Assembly (NCBI GenBank): GCA_036172245.1
Contig: JAYWIR010000007.1
Coordinates: 1,302,001-1,366,000 of the forward strand
Direction of reading: 5' to 3'
Length of the DNA stretch: 64,000 nucleotides
From: Raillietiella orientalis
Lineage: Eukaryota
The notes below the pieces were generated by a model that was not told the DNA's origin, did not search any database, and saw only the letters and a list, made by a program, of their open reading frames with translations. This document shows, in pieces, positions 24,704 through 37,483 of this stretch (within the stretch, counting starts at the first letter, position 1; each line of letters begins with the position of its first letter). The translations under genes were made by a program, and so were the position numbers.

Positions 24704-27650
24704 CACCCGGGTAAGCCGGGGCTTTTATTATTAAAATGTCTGCAAATCAAAATTTCATAATAAAGTCTTGTCTTTTCAAAATCATTAGAGTTTTTTTTTT
24801 TTTGAGTCAAAAGACAAAGTTCTGGCTGTCTTGAGCCACCTGTCCTTAGCGACCCTGAGGCCAGTAAGGTCCTCTCCATTGGCGAAGGGGGCAGGAGAAA
24901 CAGGAAAAAAAAAAGAAAAGAAAAACGCCTAAGGGACAATGTTTATGGGGAGGGGAGGGAAGGTAAGGGATTACGGTAAGCCGTGGGGAGGCCACTGCAT
25001 CCGTTTTTGGATGCGAACAAGTGCCAGCAGAATTTTAGTTAGTCGGCGCCAACGGGAAGACTTCTCGAAGGAGATGACAGCCCAGTGGATGGCATTCCGA
25101 CTCCTTCGGCCTCTCCTTGATGCGGTCCACTTATCCAGGATCCCTCTTCTGCAGCAGAGAACTGCGACACACGCGGTGGCTGGCATGGTGTCCCGCATCA
25201 GGAGGCGACGAAAAATGTTTTTGGGGTCGCCCACCGGAATGTTTAGGATCGACGAGAGTCGATCCCACATCTGTCGGAGGGCAACACATTCTATTATTAA
25301 GTGGGGGAAAGTCTCCCTTTCCCCACACTCTGCACAATAGGCATCCACACTCCCTGAGGTCCCGTGGAAGAGGCATGCTCTGAAAAGGAGTCCCCAATGG
25401 AGCACTAGCAGTGCCGTCTCTTGCCACTCTAGGGGGAGGCTGCCGTTGTCCCAATGCGTTGGGGGCCACTTCACCTCCTCCGGAGGCATATCGAGCAGCT
25501 CGCCCCAGCGCACAAGTCCACTCGGCGGGACACTCGGGGTTGTAGCGTCCGCTAGTTCTCGGGACGCCACGCCTTTATGAGTTTTTTCCTGCCTCCGATG
25601 AGGCAGGACACTTCCCACGATGCCTCCTCTTGGCTGTCCCTGGCTTCTCTGAGGGAGGGCAGCACGGGGGCAAGGGGGATAAATGGAGCCCACGGGGGTG
25701 AAGAAGTTTCCGTGGGTTGGAAACGATCTCCTGCAGGGGTTGGCCAGCGTTCCTGCCTCGACGGAGGCAGGAGAAGTCCACATCGCTGGAGCCATTGATC
25801 TTTGCCCACGCGGAAACGGACTCCTGGAGCCAGGTATTCCAGTTAGCGAGGACGCAGGAGATCCACGGGTTGTCCATCACCAGGGTAACAAAGTCCCGTA
25901 GCTAAAACCCACAATGGTTAAGGCTACGGTCGTTAGCCACTAGGATTGAGGTCAATCCATAGCAGCGGTTGCCCTGTAGGCGAGGAGTCGTGTGGGCACA
26001 CACCAAGGCGCAGTCCAGTATTTCGCCACACGGGCGAGTTTCCTAATTTGGAGCTGACACTCCTTGCGCTCCAACGTCAGGAGACCAAGTCCACCGTCCC
26101 TGCGTGGAGCGCACAAGTCTTTAAGTCGGACGTGGGACCTCCAGTTGCCCCAAAGGGCTTTCCTTATGAGGTCCCTTGTCCATGTCCTGATTTGAGGAGG
26201 GGCGGGACACGCAAAAAGTAAGGGGAAGGAGGGAGGCTGCGAAAGCGTTCCACACCGCGGTCCGTTCCTGCAAGTAAAACTTGCCGTCCCGGAACGGGCC
26301 GATCGCCAACTCCACCTTTTGGAGACTGCCGGACCAGGGTGCTTCTGCAGCGCAGAAGTCCCCCAACGGAACGCCAAGGTACTTGAAGTACCCCCGTGGG
26401 GATCCCCAAGCGGATCCAGTCCGGCCGTCCTGCCCGCGGCGACTTCGTCCTGTTCACCTCCAGGCCTGTCCCGTGGCGTAGCAGCTCAAAGAAGTCTTCG
26501 AGAGCGGATACCGGATGGACCCGAGAAGCAGCAGAAGAAGATCGTCTGCATAAGCCGACATGGCAGGCGTGCCTGGGCACGAGCTCGGCAGGGCCGCCAA
26601 AGTCTCCCTGTATGCTCTCAGCACCAACTCAAAGTAGATGCTGAAGAGCAAGGGGCTGAGGCTGTCTCCCTGCTGGATGACACGACGAACCGGCACGCCG
26701 TATACGTGCCGGCCGCTGAAATTAATGTTTATGTACGCGAAGCGCCAGCAGGAGCGCAGGTAGGCCAGGAAGACGGCCGGAAATCCCATGCGTTTCAGGA
26801 TCTTCAGAAGGAGATTCTGGTCGACGCAACCGAAAACTTTACGCAAATCTACCGCGACTGCAAAACCTCCAGGCATACTTTTCTGGCTTCCCTGTTTCCG
26901 AAAGGAGGAGAATCCAGGATTCTCCTGTGCCGCCGATGCAACTCTTGTTTGCAACTACCACCATGTGCTGGCTAGGAACAAGTTGGCCTCCATGGTTCGT
27001 CCGGGAACAGCGTACGTCTGTTCCGGACTGATCACGGATTCGGCCCCCACCTATCCCAGGCGCTCAGCCCACAACTTGGCATGAAACTTCGCGTCCGCAT
27101 TCACCACTGTGATGATGGGACGCCAGTTGTCGATGTTGCGAAGGTCTCCTACCTGGGGGAGGAGGCGTACTCTAGCTGATCGGAACGAGTCAGGAACATC
27201 CCCTCGTTCGTGGATCAGTGTGCGCAATAGGTGCACCAGGAAGACGAGTTCTGCCGCGAAGCACTGATCAAAATCTGCAGGACACGCCGTCCTCTTTTGG
27301 TGCTTTGCGCCTCTTGAGCTTCCCGATGGCGAAGATGATCTTCATCATCGTGAATGGCTTTTCGAGGCTGTTTCGCTTCTCTTCTCCTAACGCAGGGACC
27401 AATTCATGCAGCAGACGCTGAGCAACGTCGCGCTCGCGTCTGCTGCACGGATACAGGGAGAAGTAGAATTTTCTAATTATCCCTCTTATTTGTTGGGGGT
27501 TCGAGTGTTCCTGGCTCTGATCGTCCAGCAGGCCGGCCGACTTGGACTGCCAGGCTTGACGCTCGGTCCCCGCTCGATATTCTCCTAGTCTTCCGACGTC
27601 GACTTTTCTGGAAAAATGACAGGCGTATAGATAGGATCTCTCGTTCCTCA
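24704..27650 (-). mobile_element. Degenerate L1/Tx1-like non-LTR retrotransposon (family A), 5'-truncated: RT domain, C-terminal CCHC (zf-RVT-like) domain and 3' UTR
   Basis: Frameshifted pieces occur in the expected order: LEKPFT...IGKLKRRKAPKEDG, DLRNIDNWRPIITVVNADAKFHAKLWAERL, AVDLRKVFGCVD, QQGDSLSPLLF, AYADD (YADD at 26552-26541), KYLGVP, LCAPRRDGGLGLLTLE, CAECGERETFPHLIIEC. A T-rich 3' UTR ends in AATAAA plus a hairpin. Confidence 0.9.
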
Positions 27651-27729
27651 CTCCTTCTCCGAATCCTCCGACGCCGACGATCTTCTACTTCTGCTCCCCA
27701 TTTCTGTTCCGGCAGCGGCAGTCGAGGAT

Positions 27730-28470
27730 TTCTTCGATCTGCTAAGCCGCGGGACGGGACTGCGGGTGAACAAGGCAAAGTCGTCGGTGGTGGCGGTTGG
27801 TGCGACGTGGGTTGGACGGCTTGACTGGATCCGCTTGGGGATCCCCACGGTCAGGTACCTACAGTACCTTGGCGTTCCGTTGGGGGACTTCTGCCCGTCA
27901 GAAGTCTGGTCAGGTCTTCTCCAGAAAGTAGAGCTGGCGATCGGCCCGTTCCTGGAAGGCAAGTTCCTCTTGCCGGAAGGGGCCGCGGTATGGAACGCGT
28001 TTGCGGCTCCCATCCTCCGTCCCCTGCTTTTTGTTTGCCTCGTCCCCCTCCTCTTGAAAAAGAGGACGAAGGACCTCCGACGCATCGCCTTTTGGGGCAA
28101 AGGGAGGCCCCGAGTGCCTCTGATGGACTTATGCGCTGCGCGTCGGGACGGTGGCCTTGGTCTCCTGACGCTGGAGCGCTTGGAAATCCAACTGCGATGG
28201 CGCACCATGGCCATCGCAGAGAAGTTGTGGAGCACCCCTTGGTGCGTTCCCGCCCTCCTTCTTGCCAGCTGTGTCTCCAGGACGCAAAGACCCGCGTTTT
28301 ATCTTCTGTGCTCCGGCCGGAATATACGAAGATGCGGCCTGCTCCTGGGTCGCATGGCCACCCTGGCAAAGGAAAATGGCTGGATGGTGTGCAGCCCCGC
28401 AAACTCCACCGCATGGCTGGAGGAGACTACTGGCACGTGGGCGAAGTTGAACGAGAGGAACCACGAGACG
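27730..28470 (+). mobile_element. Family A L1/Tx1-like fragment (late RT/thumb region), inverted relative to the adjacent copy
   Basis: VNKAKS...LQYLGVPLG...WSGLLQKVELAIGPF...LCAARRDGGLGLLTLE, homologous to 25950-26500 on the opposite strand. Confidence 0.85.
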
Positions 28471-28476
28471 TGGATT

Positions 28477-28870
28477 TTCACCCGGGTGAGCCGGGGCTTT
28501 TATTATTAAAAATTTTTACATAGGAAAAATTTCATAATAAAGTCTTTTCTTGTCACTCTAGTTGTTTTTGTTTTTCAGTCAGAACATACGTTCCAACTGT
28601 CTTGGGGCACTTGTCCTTACCGACCCGCAGGCCGGTAAGGTCCACTTCACTGGCGCAGGGGCGGGAAAAACAGAAAAAGAAACACGCCTGGGGGAACAAT
28701 GTTTTTTGGGGAGGGGAGGGAAGGAAAGGGATCACGGTGCGCCGTGAGGAGGCCTCTGCATCCAGTTTTGGATGCGAACAAGTGCCGGCAAATGTTTTCC
28801 AAGTCGGCGCCAACGGGAAGCCGTCTCCAAAGAGATGGCTGCCCAGTGGATGGCATTCCGAATTCTTTGT
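28477..28870 (-). mobile_element. Family A 3'-end fragment (end of ORF2 + 3' UTR)
   Basis: Direct, diverged repeat of 24701-25110, e.g. tttcacccgggtRagccggggcttttattattaaaat and tgcatccNNttttggatgcgaacaagtgcc. Confidence 0.8.
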
Positions 28871-28879
28871 CCCCTCCCT

Positions 28880-29092
28880 CCAAACCTTTTTTTTTTCGGT
28901 TATTGTTTTATTTTTATTTTTTTATTTTTTGGTTTTTCCCCCTTCCCCTTCCACTGACGAGGAGAGTCACGCTGGTCTGCGTACCGGCGTCCCGTCAGGT
29001 CCGGTGCGATGTTGGCCGTTAGTGGGCCTTGTACCACGTATTGTATTGACCATGCTAGAGTTTAAATAAACGTCCCGGCGTATCCGGGTGGC
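28880..29092 (+). mobile_element. Family A 3' UTR fragment in + orientation
   Basis: T-rich tract, stem-loop at 28970-28989, and AATAAA at 29065-29070 followed by CCCGG-cgtat-CCGGGTG. Confidence 0.6.
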
Positions 29093-29099
29093 ATCTCCG

Positions 29100-29590
29100 A
29101 ATCCTGCAGGAAGACGATGCATCGGGAAGTGCTCACAGAATTCGCTAAATGAGCGTTTCATCCGGTCCCAGTCCTCCAGATTCTGCACGCTAAAGTCTCG
29201 CAACACGCGGAGATGCTTCGTAGCTCTCAGGAGGCTTAGCCAGTCCCCAGGTAGACGTCACTCGTCATTTAGAGGACCCCTGTCGCGCAGTCAAATAGTC
29301 AAACGTGAGGTGGGGATTAGGAACTACGGCAGGATACCCTTCTGGTCTATGTACTACTACATCTCGAAGGAGATAGCGGACGCGGCCCGAGCTAGTAATC
29401 TTCCCTCCAGCCTCCAGTGACCCCATCCAAAAGAAACAACCTCGATGGTGACTTCCCAAAGGACGCCGCGTGTGGAAAAACAGGGAACTGTGAGAATCCA
29501 CAGATGGAATGTGACCGAATGAGCGCGACCTGTTGACACTGTTGTCGCAAACGCAACTTGGTTGTCACTGTTGATTGATAAACTCATCCC
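29100..29590 (-). mobile_element. Possible decayed APE-endonuclease/linker region (start of a LINE ORF2)
   Basis: MSLSINS resembles the APE N-terminal SxN motif. It is followed by LLRDVVVHRP...HLTFDY and WDRMKRSFSEFC, which resembles the L1 W-x3-K linker. Several frameshifts; resemblance by eye only. Confidence 0.35.
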
Positions 29591-29599
29591 CACGGCTTG

Positions 29600-29800
29600 T
29601 CAGATCTGGGGAAATCGGGATTCTCTTCAGAGGAGGTAACAGGGAGTGGGTCCTTCCCAGGGGTCCCTCTGGAGAGAATAGGGAATAGGTGATTCCCTTC
29701 GGGTCGCCTCCCACGAGTGAAGGGAGCGGACTCTTTCCTCCGAAACCTGTGGGGCGGAAAGGGAAAAGGCTGGCAACCCTTCAGCAGCGAGCAGGAAGAT
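29600..29800 (-). repeat. Unclassified interspersed repeat, family B (copy 4)
   Basis: The reverse complement tcactcgtgggaggcgacccgaagggaa...gggaaggaccc matches 17927-18005. Confidence 0.6.
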
Positions 29801-32159
29801 TCTGGGAAGGATTCCAGCTCAGCGTGCGCGGGTTCTCCGAGTGGGCGCACAAGCGCCTCAGAGGGACCGGACAGGGAGGCCCTTCTTAAAGCCAGCGCTC
29901 CCCCGGCGAGTTGATGAAACGGGTGGGGTGAGCACATCTTTCGAGTCGTTTCTCGCTCTCTTTTTGTTTCGTTCCCAGTTGCCAGGCGACCACTTCCTGA
30001 CCTCTCCTTACTCAATACCGCCTCCTGGAGTCGCCGTCCTGGGGTCTGGTCGCATTGAACTCCAGAGAAAGTCGAGTTGCGCCTCTTCCGTTCGCTTCGC
30101 GGGGGACCCAGCAGCTGCACGCCGGTTCGCCGATCCGGAGTCCCCGTGCTGCACGGGACGCTTCTGAAGGAAGCCTCGATTTCCCGTCTGCCAGGACGGC
30201 GGATTCCCACGCCGACGCTCCTCCGCGCGCGTCAGATTTCCGCCTGCTGCTTCGCCATCTCCCTCCCCCTCCCCTCCCCCTCGCACACACACAACCCTCG
30301 GAGGACCCTTTGCAGATGCGGGAGCACTGGCTGGAGGTGCTCCCGCTTGAGTTGTCTTGAGAGATTCCGCCGACGCCCGGCAGACTCGCCGGCGGCCCTG
30401 AATCAGGGCTTCCGAGCCGTTGGGAAAGGACTCTCGCGGTGATCCCGGCAGACGCGATCACCTACGCCCGTTGGATTCGATGGGCACAGGCGGAGGCTGC
30501 CATGCAGCGACTGCGTCCCCTTCTTTCTCATGGAAGGTGTTGACGGGCATCCCTTCCGTGCTGCTGACAACCTCGGAGCTCTTTCCGCGCTCGCGTTTCC
30601 AGCGCCCGTGGTCCTCCCGTTTCAGTTTCCTGGACGCCTTCGTTCCGCTCCGGGACCTCTCGTCCTCGTTCGGACCAGGAGACTTCCGTACCCGGAAGAC
30701 CTGGATGCCATCCGGGTTTCGCAAGAAGCCGCAGACCGATCTCCCTCCAGCCCGAGACGTCGACAGCATCCGAAAATCCCCCCTTTTTTCCCAGAAGTCC
30801 GTTCCGATCCCGGGAAGCCTGAAAAGCGGCTCGCCGCTCCTCTCGTGCCTGTCTCCATTCCAGATTTTGGATTTGGAATGCGGGCTCCAGCGACTCCATC
30901 TATTCTAAAATGCCAAGTACCGATTTGCTGGCTTGCTTTACAGTGCATTGAACGCTCGGATGCTCGTGCCCGCTCTGAAGTTGCGGGAGTCGCCGAGGTC
31001 TCCGCACCTACCATTAGGAACGCTTGGTCCCCGTGGGACTGAGCTGCAAGACTGCTGACCCGGACCTGGAGCTCTAGCGTCCGCCAAGGCGAGGGACTCT
31101 GCTCCGAGCGCCAGTGGATCAACAAAGAACACAGAGGCCCACCGGCTTCCTGCCGCGAAGGCGAAGGGCGTTCCCGGTAGGAGAAAAGGACGTGGGCATT
31201 CGGCTCGGCGATCCCCGGAGTCGCAGGCCGACGAAGGAGCCGCCCCCGGGATGGCCACGAGGAGTCTCCGCCTCCCGAAAGTTCCCTCGCGCTCCCTCCG
31301 CACGGTCCCCTCCAGCAGCGAGCTCATCAGCTCCCCTTTGAAGTCAAGCAGCCACTGCTCTTCCGTGCGGTTGTCTTTAGAGGCAGCGCCAGGGTGGAAA
31401 AGGAAGGAAAGGAAGGGAGGAAGAGGGGAAGAGGAGAAGGAAAAGAAACAGGAGGAAGGGAGGAAGAAGAGAAGGAGAAGGAAGAGAAGAAGTACGTAAT
31501 TTCTCGGGATATACAGTACTTACGGCGAGTACCGTAAGTTCGTGCCAGTGCTCTCGGAGTTTCATTGGCATGACGATGGCATCCCAATCAGCGTGGGAGC
31601 TAGACGCGATTTTCAGGGGGCGTTCCCGAGGCTCCCGCAGCTGAGCTGATCACTCTGAAATGCCTGCATCCGCCGTCGGAAAGCTCCTCCGGAAGCCGAG
31701 GTCTCTCCTGTGCCTTTGCGATCTTCTTCCAACCTTGGGATCTCGAGGCACCTTCATGCTGACAGCGATGTGGTGCGGGACCTCGTCGAGAAAGCACCAG
31801 TAGCTCCACAGCTCAATCTCCAGGAGCACATTGTTTCGGGATGGCGGACGGCGGAGATGGGAGCGACGCGCCTCTGTGGCTCAGAGGGCCCCACAAGGCG
31901 CGCTGCAGCCCGTAGGAGCGAACACTCGTACAAAGGGAGACCCCCCATTGTGAATTTGCCTCTCGATGTCTCCGAAACAATGTGACATCCCTCCCAGGCA
32001 ATGCCCTCGATGCCGCTGGTTCCCATCTCCACTTGAGCTTTGCCCGAGGTCCGCCTTACGTAGTAGCCGTAGCAGCCCCACTTAGATCCATGGCGCGAGC
32101 GAGACGGAGTGCACCTACCCGCGGGGATGCAGGTCCGCTTGACAGCCCCTGTGGGACAT

Positions 32160-33148
32160 CGTGTGTGTAGTCCACGTGAGCTGCTGCGGGCTTCCTTCAC
32201 CCTTCTTGCACCAGTGCTGCCCTCACTAAAGGATGCAAGGGACAGTGCAATCCCGGCAAGGTGGCAGGGGTCCCACTGCATCCAAGGTAGAAAGAAACTT
32301 CTGGAAGCGTGGACAACTCGGCAGCAAGCGGACTCTGAGACCACGAGTGTCCCTCCGAAAGGACTTGTACGCTGGGTAGAACTGCTCGACATCGCTCCGG
32401 AGAAGGTGAAGTGGCCCCCAGTGGCGTCCTCCCCTTCTTGTGGCGGGAGTTGGCGTTGCTGGTGGTGCATGGGGGATTCCCGTGCAAGGTGCGCCTTCAC
32501 CACTGGACACGGGGGAGCGTGGACGCTCAGTATGACAGGTGCGGGAAGAAGGAGACCTTCCTGCACCTGCTATTGGACTGCGCTTCCCTGTGGCCCCTTT
32601 GGGGTCGCCTTTTGACGACCCGTAGAATCCCGGCAGGCGGACCTGGGACATTTTTCGACGCCTGTTCGTGCGCATCGCACTGCCGGCCAGTCCCCTGCTG
32701 CCATCTCGGGATCGTGGCAGCCTGGAGCGCGGGAAGAGGCCAGAATGGAAGGGACGCCACCCGCTGGGCGCGAATCTTCCTGAAGACCGCCTCGAGATGG
32801 CCCCACCTGGGCGAGACACGGAAGGAACTTGCCAGCATCCTGAGCAGGATGCAGAGGGGGGGGGGGACGTGTCCCAGCGAAATGTGATCCCATCCCCGGT
32901 TCCTCCCCAGTGAAACTTTTTCCCCCCATTTTTCTCTTTTTTGTTTGTTTCTTTTTCTTTTCCCCCGTGGTTTTCCCTTCCCCGTTGCTGTGGAAACTGA
33001 CCTTGCCGGTCTACGTACCGGTTGTGGCAAGTTCCTAGCACGTGGTGCAACCGAGTGTTTCACTACACTTGAACACTCTCAGTGCACTTTTTTTTATCAC
33101 TATTTTGTTTAAAAATGAATGTCTACCGGCAAAGCAGGGTGGAAAAAT
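32160..33148 (+). mobile_element. Family A C-terminal fragment + 3' UTR
   Basis: ASFTLLAPVLPSLKDA...VPPKGLVRWVELLDIAPEKVKWPP and DRCGKKETFLHLLLDCASLWPLW. T-rich UTR, stem-loop at 33006-33021 and a degenerate terminal motif at 33115-33147. Confidence 0.85.
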
Positions 33149-33149
33149 A

Positions 33150-33720
33150 TGGTAGCCATTGCTCTTCCTCCGGATTTTCCGGGGCATTCAGTGGAAAAAT
33201 GGAAAACTCACAGGTCGTGGGGTGATCCTTGGCCTGGTCACTCCCAAGGTATGTGAAACCTCGGCGAGTTGCCGGTCCGCGGACCGGCGGGTCCGCCTCG
33301 GCAGCGAAGCGGACAAACAAAAATGGAAACCAAGGAAAAAGAGGGAAGGGGGGTCAGGAAGAGAGATTTCGTCCCTGCTCGCTGCCAATTGTCCTCTGCA
33401 TCGAATCCAAGATGCAGGCAGGTTCGTTGAGGGTGTTGTCCGGGGGGCATCCCATGGCGGTTTCCCAAGGGGATTCTCGACCGACGGGAGGCGTCCCTTG
33501 CATCCCGGCCTCTCCTTGCTGCGTTCCAGGCCGCCGCAATCCCGCGGCACGGGTGAAGGCAGCGCGGCACGCACGAAGGGAGGCTTGTCGACATGTGGTC
33601 CCTGGGGCCGCCCGCCGGGGTCTGGAGGGTCGTCTCCAGATAGTCCCCAGGGGTTAGTCGGAGGGCAGCACAGTCGAGCAGCAGATTAGCGGGAAATTCC
33701 CTCTCTCCCCGCACCCAAGC
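33150..33720 (-). mobile_element. Family A 3' fragment, tail-to-tail with the preceding copy
   Basis: LLLDCAALRL...GIAAAWNAARRGR matches 32570-32760. Palindromic stem-loop at 33271-33288. Confidence 0.75.
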
Positions 33721-35559
33721 CCCCCGGGTTCGCGGACTTGCAAGTCGACCGCCGCTCAACACGACAATGGGAAACTGCGAGGGTCAACACAGCGTAGGGT
33801 TGCCACGGCACGGCTGCATCTGCTGCGAAGAGCAGAGGGGGACGTGCAAATGACCACGGTGCTCTCCAGCTCCCTCGCCACCTTAGACCTCCGACGCCCG
33901 CTCTGCCTGAAGGAAGAGGAGCTCCCGCGTCTTATCAAGGAATATGCAGGGCGTAATCGAGGGACAGAGAGAGAGAGGAAAAAAATAAAATAAAATTGCA
34001 GATGCTGAAAGAAGCGCATCGAAAGCAGCGCATCCGGAGGCAAGTGAAAGAGCTGACCAAGAGAAATTGGACACGGATCGGCGGAGGGGATGAATGCAAA
34101 CATTCATCCCCTCTGTCGATGGGATGGACGAATGTTTCATTTAGTCCATGATCTTCGCAGAAAAATCGGCACGGTGTGCATGGTGTACGTGGGACCCGCT
34201 CCGAGCGTACCCCCCGCTCAGTCCGGATTCAGCTGGGAGAAGACTGGAAGACGAAATGAAATCCTGCCGAATGAAAAGGAAATTACAGAAAGCAGTCGGA
34301 ATGGGGAAGAGGCGATTCGAAAAATTCAAGGCAAATCGAACGCAATCCTACGGGATCGAGTTCAATCTCCCGGAATGGCACGTGACACCGGAGCCATCGA
34401 CAAGCTTTAGGAGCATCTTCATCGTGCCGTTGAGTGAATGGGTCGGCGCGTGGAAACGCATAGATCTCCGGTGGAGAGTTCCTCATCCTCCAGGTGCAAC
34501 ATCCCTCCTTTGCCGCGGTATCCGCATCGTAGGTTATGCGTGACGCAGGGGGAGGAAAGAGACACAAAGGAATTTCACCGGCGGTTGCTTTCCACTGATT
34601 GCTTGAGGTGTCCGATCAGGAGAGCAGTGTATGGCGCAACTCGTGATTAATGAATTAATTGCTTGTTGGAAGTTCTTTTTTTCAACGGTCCATTTTTAAC
34701 ACATCGCTGGAAAAGAAAATTCACAAAGATCGGATCTCCTCGGCTGGATTTCGAACTTGGCAACCCGTCTTTTGAATGCACGAGCTGATGCTCCGGATTC
34801 CAGGAAAACGCTCCCGTTGTTGTGGAGACGGGGGGGAGGGGAGAGGGGACGGCTTTCCGGATGCATGTTTTTATTAACTGTCGGTGCTCGCTGCAAGCGC
34901 CTATGGTGAAGACGGAAATTGGCACGCGCGCCTATGTGTTCTGTCGCCCAGCCTTCGCAAGCCGACGATCGGCACCCGACGTCACGCAAAGTCGAGGAGG
35001 AAGGAGGAGGGAACGAAAGTGGGCGAGGAAAAAAAAGCGCACGCCGCGTGCCCGCTTCGATTCGCGTGCGGCTGCGTGCCGGGGACACTCGGCCCCGACA
35101 CAAATGGAGGAACGCACGCGTGAGCGCGCGGGCAGACGCAAGCCAGGCCGCACCCGCGCGCGCTCAGCAAAGCCCGGGTGCGAGAAGCGCCTTCTCGGTT
35201 AGCACAAAGAGCGGTGGCCTGCACGGTAGAGACGAGCTGGACCGCTGCTAGGGTAGCAGCGAGCGGCCCTCGGCAGCTGCAGGAGCCTGGCGCATTGCTC
35301 ACAAATGCTTCTTGCATACTTCAGTCTGCTCCCTTCAAGAGCCGGCGCTGCGACACCACAGCCCAGGAGCCACCCTAGAAGGACCGTCCACCTGGGTTTG
35401 CCAGTCTTCCCCACTTTGGGTCGACTGGGAACGGACAGCGCACGGCAACAGGGAGGAGAAAAAAACCCGGAAGCGCTTCACTCCTTCCACCTCTCGGAGC
35501 ACCGGAATTTCCGGTTCGGGGTTTCGGGAGTTGCCCGGAGATCCCGGTCGCGAAATCCT

Positions 35560-35940
35560 GAGCAAATCCTCGGGAAGTCTCCTGACAGATTACGGGCGGG
35601 AAGAAACCGCTTGGTGGTTGGACCACTCTCCAGCTGACCGACGCTTCAACTCCAGCTATCCGAGCTACGTGGACTTCTCCTCCGGGACCAGCTCGTGCAT
35701 AATCCTTCCGGAAGATCTTGCGCAGTCCGCGGGGCTCCTGAAGGGTCGCAAGTGGCACGAGTCGGCGTTTCTGCTGTTGCACCGGATCTCCAGAGCAACT
35801 CCCACCAATGTCACTGGACTCGGGGGAGTTCCTGGACTCCAACTGCCGCAGACGCGGAGACAGAGAGTCACTCCCACACCTACTTGTGGACTGTGTTGCC
35901 CTCCGACTCTGGCCGACTAGACCAGACGTGAGGAGGAGTA
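35560..35940 (+). mobile_element. Family A-related C-terminal fragment
   Basis: NCRRRGDRESLPHLLVDCVALRLW at about 35841-35913. Nucleotide similarity to 36410-36710 (ccagctatccgagcYacgtggact; tggactgtgttgccctccg). Confidence 0.65.
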
Positions 35941-36399
35941 CTCCTGGCGCAGGGGGACTTCGGCCTCCTCCTGCGCCCTGAGAGGTGCCCACCAGAGGGT
36001 GGGCGCCTCTCAGCATGAGCTGGTCAACGAGTGGCGCACGCGCGACTTGCAGGCGGGGCAAACCGGAAGCGAAGGACTTTCATCCTCCGTGGAGACCACC
36101 GCGGACTCCTACTCGGCCGGTTGGCAGCCCTGGGGCGAGTGAACACTACCGGACTTCCCTTCAGCAGCCCTGCCGACCGTAGCGCCTGGTCACGGGAAGC
36201 AGCTAGCACGCGGGGAGGAGCAACGAGCCGAGCCCGGGGAGGTGAAGATGTCTGCGACCTTCAGCCCACGCTCTCTGCGGAGCATCCCACGTGGGCGGGT
36301 CTGGCGCACCCCTCTCTCCAGCAGGGCCGACTCTCTCCGACGGGAGGCGAACAGCAGCAGCCTACTGGCGAGGCGGGAGAATTCCCTGCAGAATAGCGG

Positions 36400-37210
36400 A
36401 CAAGCAGAAGGAAACGAGCGGTGGGTCACTGACGCCGCGGCCCCAGCTATCCGAGCCACGTGGACTCTCCGCAGGGGCGAGCTGCTGGAGATTCCTCGTA
36501 ATGACCCGATATGGCCCCCAGAGTTCTCAAACGGTCGCTCCCCTCCCCCTCTAGCGGCAGGAGTCAGCGTGGCACCGGGGGGCCTCCCATGCGACGCACG
36601 CTGGCGTCGCCGAACCTGGGGGATCGCGGACCCCAACCGTCGCAGGTGCGGGGAGGGACGATCGTCCTCTGCTCCTGCTTATGGACTGTGTTGCCCTCCG
36701 GCCCCTTTGGGAACGTTTTGCCACGCTCCTGCGGATCCAGGAGGGCGACTCCAGGGACCGTCACGAAACGCCTTTTCGTGCGGGATGTACTGCCCCAGCT
36801 GTGTCCCTAGCGGTTGTATGCTGACCTCGTGGGACGGTGGCGGTTTCGAATGCCGCCAGTAGAGGGTGGGGCGTAACGGATGCCACCCTCTTCTCCATCC
36901 TCTTCCTGAGGACGGCAACGAGATGGTCTCAAATGGGAGCCGTGCAGCAGGAGCTTGCCGGCATCCTTGGAAGGACACAGAGAACTCGGAACAGGAAGTG
37001 ATCCCTCCCCGAACCTCCTACCACCTCGAAGTTCTTTACATTGTTTCCGTTTGTCTTCCTCCCTTCCGTTGCCAAGATGAACCTCGCTGGTCTGCGGACC
37101 GTCACCTTGGCAGGTTTCAAGCTCCCGAGTGGACGTGAGAGGACCCTCAGTCACTACATCTTCGTACGTTTCTTTTGAGAATGAAGGCCTCAACGCAACC
37201 GGGTGAAAAA
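36400..37210 (+). mobile_element. Family A-related C-terminal fragment with 3' end
   Basis: RCGEG...LLMDCVALRPLWE, ending in cgcaaccgggtgaaaaa at 37194-37210, which is the right half of the terminal hairpin motif. Confidence 0.65.
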
Positions 37211-37483
37211 CCTGAGTACCTTCTCTCTCCTCCATCCATCCATCCGCATGATTCCTGCTGCAGAAGACCCACGCCCCACTTGCACTCCCTGAAACCAATA
37301 AGGAAACGGCCACACGAGCGAGCGCACATGAGCTCCAAGCACCGGAAAACACCTACTGCGTGCACTGGTGCAGAAAAGTGGTGCCTTTCAGTGGTTGCCT
37401 TGCATCCTTTTTCTTCACGGGCAACTTGCCGTTCGTTCGTTTTCTCTCACGGAACGTTGGCGCAGCTCGCGTTCTTGGACTCA

